Made by a program: the position numbers and the translations under genes. From a virus (taxonomy: Duplodnaviria; Caudoviricetes), in the IMG/VR virus record IMGVR_UViG_2936984999_000001, positions 1 through 64,000 of that record: DNA of 64,000 nucleotides, one strand, 5' to 3'. Below are positions 1 to 8,371 of this stretch, piece after piece; position 1 is the stretch's first letter, and every line of letters begins with the position of its first letter. Below the pieces are notes generated by a model. That model had not been told where the DNA came from. It did not search any database and saw nothing but the letters and a program-made list of their open reading frames with translations.

Positions 1-166
1 TCTCAGGCTAAAAAATTTGCCCCATTTTACGCTAAAGTTTATTGCCCTCGAACATAGTATTTTTGACCTTGAGGTCATTATACGAGATTTATATATTTAT
101 TGCAATAGTTCGAGTTTCAATTCCGCAAGATTTTACTTGTTTTGACTAATATATTACGAAAAATAA

Positions 167-307
167 TCAAATATCATCGTTATCGTCTTTATCTCTTCCG
201 GCAGTAAGACAAGCTGTAAGAATAAGTCCAACTACTCCACCAACTACGAATGTGCAGCCTACAATACAAATAAATGTCCAATACCAAGTGTGATCATGCA
301 GCTCCAT
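167..307 (-). CDS. Small membrane protein (46 aa)
   Basis: Manual translation MELHDHTWYWTFICIVGCTFVVGGVVGLILTACLTAGRDKDDNDDI; one hydrophobic segment; overlaps the end of the DHFR gene. Confidence 0.55.
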   Translation of the reverse strand: MELHDHTWYWTFICIVGCTFVVGGVVGLILTACLTAGRDKDDNDDI

Positions 308-1262
308 CCTCCATTCTGTGAATTTCTGAATCAAGTAATGCTAATGATATTTTTAAATTGACCTCAACATTATCCGCACACCATGTTGAGATACATCTGA
401 TAATTTCACCACGGTTATAATTAAGTTCCTGATCTTCAATAAAATCATTAACATCAATCTTAAATTTTTGATCTTCAACATCCACTGTATTATCTTCTGT
501 AAGTCTTCTTTCAAGGTACCACTTAGCTTTATTTAGGTCTTGTAATTCTTTCTGTGAATCTCCAGGATATTTTTTTCCTGCCCTACAGATATATTTAGCA
601 ACATTTCCAAGGCAGTAACCAAGCCCCCTATCTTCAATGAAACTAATTACTTCATATTTTTTTCCTATATAATGTGATGGATTTTTAACTGCATCGTGAC
701 CAAAAACAGGATCAGAATAGGCATTGGATACAGTCTTACAATTCTCTTTTCTGATAAATGTTTTAAAGCTATATGATAAATTACCGTATGTCTTATCTAT
801 AGATTCAATCTCATCAAAATTGTTTAAAAGGTATTCGATTGGGAAAAATACATCCGCAGTTGAGATACATCTATTAACGATTGTTGCATAAACTTTCTCG
901 CAATGAGGTAAGAACATTTTGTAGATACTTTCTCCACCAATTGCAAAATACTTAGTCGGCATTTCAACTATAAATTTTATTTCTTCTTTTGTCATTTTTT
1001 TTAATATATTAACATCTGTAGCATATCCATTATCTTCATTGATTGGCTCTGCTGCATAATTAAGTGTCGTAGAAAGGACAATATTGTTCCTACTTTTAAG
1101 AGGCTTGTTACCAATACTGTTCCATGTCTTTCTTCCCATGATAACAGAATGTCCCATTGTAATCTCTTTAAATCTTTTTAAGTCATCTGGAATCTTATAA
1201 AGTAAGTCACCATTCTTACCGATTCCACCAAAATTATCCATACAAACGATTGCTGATAACAT
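294..1262 (-). CDS. folA: Dihydrofolate reductase fused to a C-terminal DUF3310-like domain
   Basis: DHFR motifs GIGKNGDL, DLKRFKEIT, IMGRKTW, IGGESIY, ADVFFP; C-terminal VKNPSHY..GYCLGNVAKYICRAGKK..QDLNKAKWYL. Confidence 0.9.
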   Translation of the reverse strand: MLSAIVCMDNFGGIGKNGDLLYKIPDDLKRFKEITMGHSVIMGRKTWNSIGNKPLKSRNNIVLSTTLNYAAEPINEDNGYATDVNILKKMTKEEIKFIVEMPTKYFAIGGESIYKMFLPHCEKVYATIVNRCISTADVFFPIEYLLNNFDEIESIDKTYGNLSYSFKTFIRKENCKTVSNAYSDPVFGHDAVKNPSHYIGKKYEVISFIEDRGLGYCLGNVAKYICRAGKKYPGDSQKELQDLNKAKWYLERRLTEDNTVDVEDQKFKIDVNDFIEDQELNYNRGEIIRCISTWCADNVEVNLKISLALLDSEIHRMEDGAA

Positions 1263-1275
1263 AAATTTTCTCTCC

Positions 1276-2178
1276 TTAAATACCCAACGGTAGCGTCAAT
1301 TGTGGCTTCATTGGCTTGTAATTTTCCATAGAAAAGTCGTCAATTGTCATGTCATAAAAGTTATTTTTTTCTGGATTTAATACCAATTTTGGCATCAAAT
1401 TTTTATCAATTTCATCATTTTTTAATGCTTCAAAAGTGGCTAAATGTCTCTCATTTGCACGATGAATTAGCTCTTTTGCTTGGTCAATCTGGCGCGTATA
1501 AATTTGTTCATTCACTACGAAATGAGTAAATTTTCCAGGCTTATATCCGGTGTGTTTTGCGACCATCATAAGTAATGCAGCGTACTGTACTTCATTTGTT
1601 GATCCTGGACCACTTGCAGGTAATAAATCACCAGATCTTTGGTTTAAAAACATATCTAAATACTCTTCACGTACTGTCCAAATAGTCTCATATGCACATG
1701 GTTTTAATCCGTTTGGTTCATCTTTAAATTCTTCTTCCTGCCACAAATTGCAGATATGATAACGTCCATATGGATTGTTCTTGATATCATCTAAAACACG
1801 CTTTTTAAACAAGTCATAACGGTGTACTGTATGACCATATCTATATCCATTTGTACCGTCTCCAATATCCCATAAATCCCAAAAATGTACGCCCATTTCG
1901 TTCAGAATTTTGAGGTCATTTGACTCTTTCTGGAAGATCCAAAACATCTCTTTAATTGCACTTTTCCATGCAATTGGACGTAAAGTACAAATTGGAAAAT
2001 CACCTTTTGAGAGGTCATATTGACGCATTTGATGTGTCACAAAATAGGTGTGAGCAGGTGTTCCGTCCTCGTATTTTGGTCTAGGATTTTCATCTTTAAT
2101 ACCATTTTGAAGGATATTATAGATAGATTCTACGAGATATTTATCGGCTTTTGTCATTAATCCGTATTCGTATTCCAT
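1276..2178 (-). CDS. thyA: Thymidylate synthase
   Basis: LKPCAY catalytic Cys, QRSGD, NEVQYA; adjacent to DHFR. Confidence 0.93.
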   Translation of the reverse strand: MEYEYGLMTKADKYLVESIYNILQNGIKDENPRPKYEDGTPAHTYFVTHQMRQYDLSKGDFPICTLRPIAWKSAIKEMFWIFQKESNDLKILNEMGVHFWDLWDIGDGTNGYRYGHTVHRYDLFKKRVLDDIKNNPYGRYHICNLWQEEEFKDEPNGLKPCAYETIWTVREEYLDMFLNQRSGDLLPASGPGSTNEVQYAALLMMVAKHTGYKPGKFTHFVVNEQIYTRQIDQAKELIHRANERHLATFEALKNDEIDKNLMPKLVLNPEKNNFYDMTIDDFSMENYKPMKPQLTLPLGI

Positions 2179-2181
2179 GTA

Positions 2182-2424
2182 TTATTCCTCAACTTTCCAC
2201 TTAAAAATATCTTCTTCAAATTTAGAAATTACATCTTTATTATTAGTGTGGATTACAATAAAAATTTCTTTTGGAATTCCAAGAGACAATAATCCCATAA
2301 TAGATTTTGCATCAATAACATATCTGCCACATACTGCGTCAATATCATAATTGTATTTATCAATAGATTTCACGAGACTATTAGCATCATTCAGTGTATT
2401 CAGTTTGATTCTCATTATTTTCAT
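2182..2424 (-). CDS. HPr-family phosphocarrier-like protein
   Basis: IDAKSIMGLLSL (Ser46 motif); no His15 motif. Confidence 0.8.
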   Translation of the reverse strand: MKIMRIKLNTLNDANSLVKSIDKYNYDIDAVCGRYVIDAKSIMGLLSLGIPKEIFIVIHTNNKDVISKFEEDIFKWKVEE

Positions 2425-2626
2425 CTTCTTTCACTTCTTTATTTACTATATCTTCATCTTCTAAAAACAATTTATATCCATATTTATCATTACAAATGTT
2501 ATATAATTTTGCATTTGCATCTTCGGAAGCAGGTACACCCTTTTTGTGAGTGTACCTTTTGCAAGTGTTCTGTTTTGGACATGTTTTAGAATTTTCATCT
2601 AATGCGCAATAATAAAATGTGTCCAT
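2387..2626 (-). CDS. Hypothetical Cys-rich protein
   Basis: ORF in operon, GGAG RBS. Confidence 0.6.
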   Translation of the reverse strand: MDTFYYCALDENSKTCPKQNTCKRYTHKKGVPASEDANAKLYNICNDKYGYKLFLEDEDIVNKEVKEDENNENQTEYTE

Positions 2627-2629
2627 TCA

Positions 2630-3166
2630 TTACTCCTTTTTGTTGTCAGTTGATCCGAAACCACCGTTACGTGTTGCTTCTACATGATCGTCTTCTGTAA
2701 TTCCATATTCTAAGAAAATTCCCTGGGCGATAGCTGCATTGCTTGTTACTGAAAACTCTTTATCTCCACGATTTACAAGTTTAATAAAAATGTGACCTTC
2801 GTTGTCAGAGTTAATAAAATCGCAGTCTATAATTCCTGTTCCATTTACTAGATTGCACTGATATTTAAATCCAAGTCCACTTCTTGGGTAAATCATAAGA
2901 ACATAATCTGTATTCATACGACATTTAATACCTGTTGGAATTTTAATTACTTCTCCTGGCTTTAGTGTAAATGAAAATGGAGTTCTAATATCAAATCCTG
3001 CGCTAAACTTTGTAGCTCTTGTAGGTAACTCTAATCCATAATACATACTTTCAATTTCTTGTCTGAGTCTCTTAGATGTATCATCACCTGCAAGTCCAAA
3101 TGTATCTAAATAATCTTTTTCAAACTGTTTATAGCTTACTTTCTCAAATTTTGCTACCCTCTTCAT
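2630..3166 (-). CDS. dut: dUTPase (trimeric)
   Basis: SAGFDI, PRSGLG, GIIDCDF, AQGIF, RNGGFGST. Confidence 0.93.
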   Translation of the reverse strand: MKRVAKFEKVSYKQFEKDYLDTFGLAGDDTSKRLRQEIESMYYGLELPTRATKFSAGFDIRTPFSFTLKPGEVIKIPTGIKCRMNTDYVLMIYPRSGLGFKYQCNLVNGTGIIDCDFINSDNEGHIFIKLVNRGDKEFSVTSNAAIAQGIFLEYGITEDDHVEATRNGGFGSTDNKKE

Positions 3167-3801
3167 TAATCTTCATCCTCCTCGTCCCATGGATCATATT
3201 CATCGCAACATTCACAATCACCATTACAATGAAATTTTTTATCTAAATCAATTCCAAACATATATTTAATAATTCTGTCTTCACCAATAGTTTCAATCGC
3301 ATCGTAAGCTATATCTCCATTAGAGAACAGTACAGTACCTACCGGTGGAAGAAATGAATCGTTCTCAACAGTAATTGACATGTCGTCTTCATCGAGTGCA
3401 AGCCAGAATGCATCTGACGGATGTGTAATCTCGCCATTATGATCATCTGCATAATTCTGAAGTTCTGCAATGATTTTTCTACGCTCTACCTCAAATTCTG
3501 CGTCTTCTTTGGTTCTAAAAACATTTCGAAGACCATAGCGTCCTTTATCTGCTTTATTTTCAGTCCAAATAACAGAATCGACATCTCCATCACTATAAGT
3601 AAAAAAATATTTTTCACTAGTAATCGGTTTCCAGTGATTCTTAGTTTCTTTCTTCTTTTGCTCTTCTTTATCTGTCTCAATAACTTTCTGCAGACTATCG
3701 AATGTCTTCTGAAGTGTTTGCATAACAACATTTGCCACTGCTGGACTGCAATCAGCAAGATTAAGACTAAAATTTACAGTATCTGTTTTAACTTCTTCCA
3801 T
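3166..3801 (-). CDS. Hypothetical phage protein
   Basis: 211 aa ORF, AGGAG RBS, tight operon packing. Confidence 0.7.
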   Translation of the reverse strand: MEEVKTDTVNFSLNLADCSPAVANVVMQTLQKTFDSLQKVIETDKEEQKKKETKNHWKPITSEKYFFTYSDGDVDSVIWTENKADKGRYGLRNVFRTKEDAEFEVERRKIIAELQNYADDHNGEITHPSDAFWLALDEDDMSITVENDSFLPPVGTVLFSNGDIAYDAIETIGEDRIIKYMFGIDLDKKFHCNGDCECCDEYDPWDEEDED

Positions 3802-3803
3802 GC

Positions 3804-4475
3804 TTATTTCTCCTTGTCTTCATAAAATTTCTTAATTTGCTCTTCTAAATATTTCAAATATTCGTCCCACATATTTTTCGTGTAGATATATTCTTTAGTT
3901 TGACGTGCCATCATCAACTTTTTCATATCAGATTTATAATCAAATGGTTTATTTCTACGACCTAGCTTTTTTGCAAGAACATCGGATAAAAATGACTGTG
4001 TAAATCTTGAGAAAGTTAATAAGTCCTCTTTCTGAATATCAGCGATTATTTTCTTATATTCATCCATTTTGTCCGTTGGTATTGTAACGTCTGCTTTGGG
4101 GAAATTTTTTAGACTATAAGGTGTGATATCTGCACCGAATGATGATGCTTTTAATAGATTTGCAACTGTTTTCATATCAGCAGTCTTAAATTTGAACTCT
4201 ACTTCACTATCATAGATGTGTGGATCTGAGTATGGAGTATTTGTTTCATCCATTTTCTTTAAAATATTCTTTCCACGAATAATGCTTGGAATATAAGCTA
4301 CAAAAGTACCTCGACCATAATAATAAATCTTATTACCAAATTGACACTTTATATATAAGTCGTCATAACTTTTATCAACAGTCCCATCTTCTTCTCTTGG
4401 TACATCGTGACTTTCTGGAGATAGTTCCGGTACAATTCTGTACTTACCTTTAAAATGCTGTGTTAAATAACTCAT
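3804..4475 (-). CDS. Hypothetical phage protein
   Basis: 223 aa ORF, GAGGTG RBS. Confidence 0.7.
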   Translation of the reverse strand: MSYLTQHFKGKYRIVPELSPESHDVPREEDGTVDKSYDDLYIKCQFGNKIYYYGRGTFVAYIPSIIRGKNILKKMDETNTPYSDPHIYDSEVEFKFKTADMKTVANLLKASSFGADITPYSLKNFPKADVTIPTDKMDEYKKIIADIQKEDLLTFSRFTQSFLSDVLAKKLGRRNKPFDYKSDMKKLMMARQTKEYIYTKNMWDEYLKYLEEQIKKFYEDKEK

Positions 4476-4486
4476 AGGTATTCACC

Positions 4487-4759
4487 TCAATATTCTTCGT
4501 AGTAAGTTTCTTCACTTACTTCTACTTTATTTTTTTCTGCAGCATGGATTTTATCTAATGCCTCTTTACGAGTTTGAAATACATAATCTCCAAGAGCATT
4601 ATATCCAAATAGATAAACATGTCTGTCCTTTTTATCCATACCGCAAAAATAATCCTCTCCAACAGTACGAACTTTTAACTCACATAGATCATAAGTACCA
4701 TTCTTTTTTTGAATCCTGGCATAGTAAACCATGTCACCTTTATTTATTGTGCTATACAT
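4487..4759 (-). CDS. Hypothetical phage protein
   Basis: Likely start MYSTINKG after AAGGAAG; overlaps the upstream stop. Confidence 0.65.
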   Translation of the reverse strand: MYSTINKGDMVYYARIQKKNGTYDLCELKVRTVGEDYFCGMDKKDRHVYLFGYNALGDYVFQTRKEALDKIHAAEKNKVEVSEETYYEEY

Positions 4760-5102
4760 GTTTTTTCTTCCTTTTCTTTTCTGTATTCCACAAGATTTTT
4801 TGAGTACAGAGGGAATCAAGTGTATTAATGACATTTTCAGTAACTTCCTCTAACTCATAATTCTTACCGCAATCCCAGTTATAAATTGGAAAATAAATCT
4901 CATCATGATCCATATCTGTAACTGTGAGTGTGTATGTGTTATCTGATAAATCAACATCGACTGTTAATCTATCAATGTCTTTGTATACGAATTTATTAAA
5001 GTATGCGTGGTCACCATAAATCTTAAAGCCATTATTTCGCAGCTTATTAAAATCCATTTTATTACGAACAATATATTTGTCATGAATGTCATTAATATTC
5101 AT
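4752..5102 (-). CDS. Hypothetical phage protein
   Basis: 116 aa ORF, GGAGG RBS. Confidence 0.7.
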   Translation of the reverse strand: MNINDIHDKYIVRNKMDFNKLRNNGFKIYGDHAYFNKFVYKDIDRLTVDVDLSDNTYTLTVTDMDHDEIYFPIYNWDCGKNYELEEVTENVINTLDSLCTQKILWNTEKKRKKKHV

Positions 5103-5129
5103 CTTGATTCCTCCATGTAATGGAGCCGG

Positions 5130-5675
5130 TTAAGACTCCCATAATACTACTTTGTTTTCTTTTAGCGATTTTTGAACATCGATCACTCTCTGATTACTAC
5201 TTCCACGAAATCTTAAGTTAATATCCTTTAAGGAATCAATGTATGGACCGTCTACAATTACATCGCAATTTGAAACTGCTTGTCTTCTGAAAAATTTAAG
5301 TAAATTTTCTTTATCTTTTAAATCTGAGGTTATTTTGGCGTTCACAATATCTTCGTAAAGAAAACCTGTATATAACCATATTTTTTTATCTGGAAATACA
5401 TCTTTAATTTGACATATAAGATTGTTTATTGTAATAACATTTTCATCTATAAGTGGAGAACCACCAAGAAAACTTATTCTGGTAATGTATGGATGATCAA
5501 TTAAATCAAAGAACAATTTTTGTGTTTTGTCTGTAAATGGTTTTCCACCATTTGTATCCCAGGTTTCTTGATTAAAACAATTGTAACAATAAAATTTACA
5601 TCCCTGTACGAAGAGTGAAACGCCAATTCCATCTCCATTTGAGATATCCATAGATCTTATTTGTGCATAATTCAT
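5130..5675 (-). CDS. nrdG: Anaerobic ribonucleotide reductase activating enzyme
   Basis: Radical SAM CxxxCxxC (CKFYCYNC), DVIVDGPY, RGSSNQRVID; next to nrdD. Confidence 0.95.
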   Translation of the reverse strand: MNYAQIRSMDISNGDGIGVSLFVQGCKFYCYNCFNQETWDTNGGKPFTDKTQKLFFDLIDHPYITRISFLGGSPLIDENVITINNLICQIKDVFPDKKIWLYTGFLYEDIVNAKITSDLKDKENLLKFFRRQAVSNCDVIVDGPYIDSLKDINLRFRGSSNQRVIDVQKSLKENKVVLWES

Positions 5676-5678
5676 TAC

Positions 5679-7925
5679 TTATCCCCCCACATACTCAAAA
5701 TCATCAAGATGATATACTCTGTCGTGGATGTCACCATATCGACCTTGGTTTCCACCATTTTTTGCAGTTCCAATATATCCGCAGACTCTAAATGCAATAT
5801 CCATCGTTGTATTATCGTCGTTTCCACAACTAGGACACTTCCATTTTAGTTTTCCGTCTTCATCAACAAGTGGAATATCGCCATCGTATCCGCATTTCTC
5901 ACAATAGCAACTCTTTGTATTAATTTCAGCGTACATAATATTTTCATACATGTATTTTATTACTTCGAGTAATGCAGGAACATTTCTGATCATACTTGGC
6001 GTTTCAATATAACTGATGGCTCCTCCTGGAGATAGTTTCTGGAATTTGGATTCAATTCTAAGCTTTTCAAAAGCATCAATTGGCTCAAAAACTGGAATAT
6101 GATAACTATTAGTAATATAATTCCTGTCAAACCCATCTAATTTGATGAAAATATCCTTTCCAAATCTATTCTTTAGGCTCTTAGCAAATTTATATGTGGT
6201 AGATTCCAGTGGTGTACCATATAGACTATAATCAATATTTTCAGCAGCTTTCCACTGGGCACATTTGTCATTGAGACGTTGCATAACTTTTAAACCAAAT
6301 TCTTCTCCTGGTCCTTCATCGGAGTGTGATTTCCCAGTCATATATTTTACACATTCGTAAAGTCCTGCGTATCCGAGGGAAATAGTGGAATATCCATCAT
6401 AAAGAAGTTTGTCAATTTTTTCATGTTTATCAAGCCTTGCAAGTGCACCATACTGCCACAAGATTGGAGCAACATCGGAAAGTGTACCGCATAATCTATC
6501 ATGTCTTGCTCTCAAAGCTTTGTGACATAATTCCGTTCTTTCTTCAAATAATTCCCAGAATTTATCAAAATCACCTTCGGAAGAAAAGGCAATATCTGGA
6601 AGTGAAATAGTTACAACACCTTGATTAAAACGCCCATAATATTTATGTTTTCCAGGCTCATAATTTTTTGCATTTGCAATATTACCAATGCCAGAATCGG
6701 TAAATCGATCCGGAGTTAAGAAAGATCTGCATCCCATACACGTATACACATCTTCCTTTAATTCCAACATAATTTTTTCTGAAATATAATCTGGTACAAG
6801 TCGCTTTGCCGAACATTCTGCTGCAAGCTGTGTTAAATACCAATATTGTGTATTTTCTGTAATGTTATCTTTTTCAGTAACATAAATGAGTTTTGGAAAA
6901 GCTGGTGCAATAAATACTCCATCTTCATTTTTTACACCTTGTTTTCTCTGGATAAGCATTTCTTCAATTAGTAATGCAAGATCCTTTTTTTCGTCTTCAT
7001 TTTTAGCTTCATTTAAATACATAAATATTGTTATAAAAGGAGCCTGTCCATTTGTTGTCATAAGTGTAGTTAACTGATATTGAATTGTCTGAATGCCTTT
7101 CGTAATTTCTTTAGAAAGTCTTCTTTTGACAATTTCATCAATGATATTTTGTGGAATTTGTCCATTTGGTTTTAATAAACAAAGATCTTCAATAACTTCT
7201 TTTCTAATTTTTTTTCTACTAATATCTACAAATGGTGCTAAGTGAGCGAGTGAAATACTTTGTCCACCATACTGACTTGATGCAACCTGCGCAATAATTT
7301 GAGTAGTTACTGTACATGCTGTTGAAAAACTATGAGGTGATTCAATAAGTGTTTCACTGATAACAGTGCCATTCTGAAGCATATCTTCAAGATTAATCAA
7401 ATCGCAATTGTGCATATGTTGGATAAAGTAATCTGCATCGTGAAAATGTAAAATTCCCTCATCATGTGCCTGGACAATTTCTGGAGAAAGTAAATATCTT
7501 CTTACAGCATCAGTGCTGGTAATTCCAGCCATATAGTCTCTAATGGTAGTATTTAAGATTGGATTTTTATTTGCATTTTCACCTTTCCAATATTCATTAT
7601 TTCCATCAATTAGTTCAATGATTTCTTTATCTGTGCTATTTACAATCTTTCTCTGAAACTCTCTGACACTTCTATAGCCTTCATAAGCTCTTGCCGTAAG
7701 TTTCTGTTTCTTCGCAATTAATTTTTCATAAATCATTAATTCAATTGCCGGAATTTCTACTGACTTAAGATCAGAGCATCCTTCCTCAATTTCATCAGCA
7801 ATATTTCTAGCAATAATAGGTTTTACAATTCCAGAACCATTTTTCATTGCTTTCAGAATTGCATTTTCAATTTTTTCTTTATTAAACGGTTCTTTTGTTC
7901 CGTCTCGCTTAACAACATTAGGCAT
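5679..7925 (-). CDS. nrdD: Class III anaerobic ribonucleoside-triphosphate reductase
   Basis: N-terminal ATP cone (VVKRDG), CMGCRSFL, Zn site CEKC..CPSC, glycyl radical motif RVCGYIG. Confidence 0.96.
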   Translation of the reverse strand: MPNVVKRDGTKEPFNKEKIENAILKAMKNGSGIVKPIIARNIADEIEEGCSDLKSVEIPAIELMIYEKLIAKKQKLTARAYEGYRSVREFQRKIVNSTDKEIIELIDGNNEYWKGENANKNPILNTTIRDYMAGITSTDAVRRYLLSPEIVQAHDEGILHFHDADYFIQHMHNCDLINLEDMLQNGTVISETLIESPHSFSTACTVTTQIIAQVASSQYGGQSISLAHLAPFVDISRKKIRKEVIEDLCLLKPNGQIPQNIIDEIVKRRLSKEITKGIQTIQYQLTTLMTTNGQAPFITIFMYLNEAKNEDEKKDLALLIEEMLIQRKQGVKNEDGVFIAPAFPKLIYVTEKDNITENTQYWYLTQLAAECSAKRLVPDYISEKIMLELKEDVYTCMGCRSFLTPDRFTDSGIGNIANAKNYEPGKHKYYGRFNQGVVTISLPDIAFSSEGDFDKFWELFEERTELCHKALRARHDRLCGTLSDVAPILWQYGALARLDKHEKIDKLLYDGYSTISLGYAGLYECVKYMTGKSHSDEGPGEEFGLKVMQRLNDKCAQWKAAENIDYSLYGTPLESTTYKFAKSLKNRFGKDIFIKLDGFDRNYITNSYHIPVFEPIDAFEKLRIESKFQKLSPGGAISYIETPSMIRNVPALLEVIKYMYENIMYAEINTKSCYCEKCGYDGDIPLVDEDGKLKWKCPSCGNDDNTTMDIAFRVCGYIGTAKNGGNQGRYGDIHDRVYHLDDFEYVGG

Positions 7926-7937
7926 TTTGTCACCATC

Positions 7938-8360
7938 CTACTCTAAATAAAAATCGTTAATATAATCAATCGCTTCATTAATACCTTTAAAAATCACATC
8001 ACAATCTTCTGGCAGCCATTCATAACTGTCATAATCATTAAATCCAATAATGGGAATATGGTTATCTACTGCGAATTGCAGTTCTTGAGCTGTTCCGATA
8101 GAAGTGTTTGTATGCTCCAGATTTACGAGGATTAAATCACATTTTCGAATACGTGATAAATAGAATTGTTTTACTTGTTTGTTTGTAATTGCATTGCCAC
8201 CATCACGATCAAAATAACGTGTGGGATTGATTACTTTAATAGTTACATCTTTAGCTTCTGAAATATTTTTGAAAATATTCTCAGCTTTTACTCGCCATTC
8301 TTTTCCACCGTCATGCATTCCTCTACATGCACCAGCGAGATATACTGTTAGTTTCTCCAT
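7938..8360 (-). CDS. Nucleoside 2-deoxyribosyltransferase-like protein
   Basis: VYLAG, CDLILVNL, SIGTAQEL motifs. Confidence 0.75.
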   Translation of the reverse strand: MEKLTVYLAGACRGMHDGGKEWRVKAENIFKNISEAKDVTIKVINPTRYFDRDGGNAITNKQVKQFYLSRIRKCDLILVNLEHTNTSIGTAQELQFAVDNHIPIIGFNDYDSYEWLPEDCDVIFKGINEAIDYINDFYLE

Positions 8361-8371
8361 GTTACTACCTC

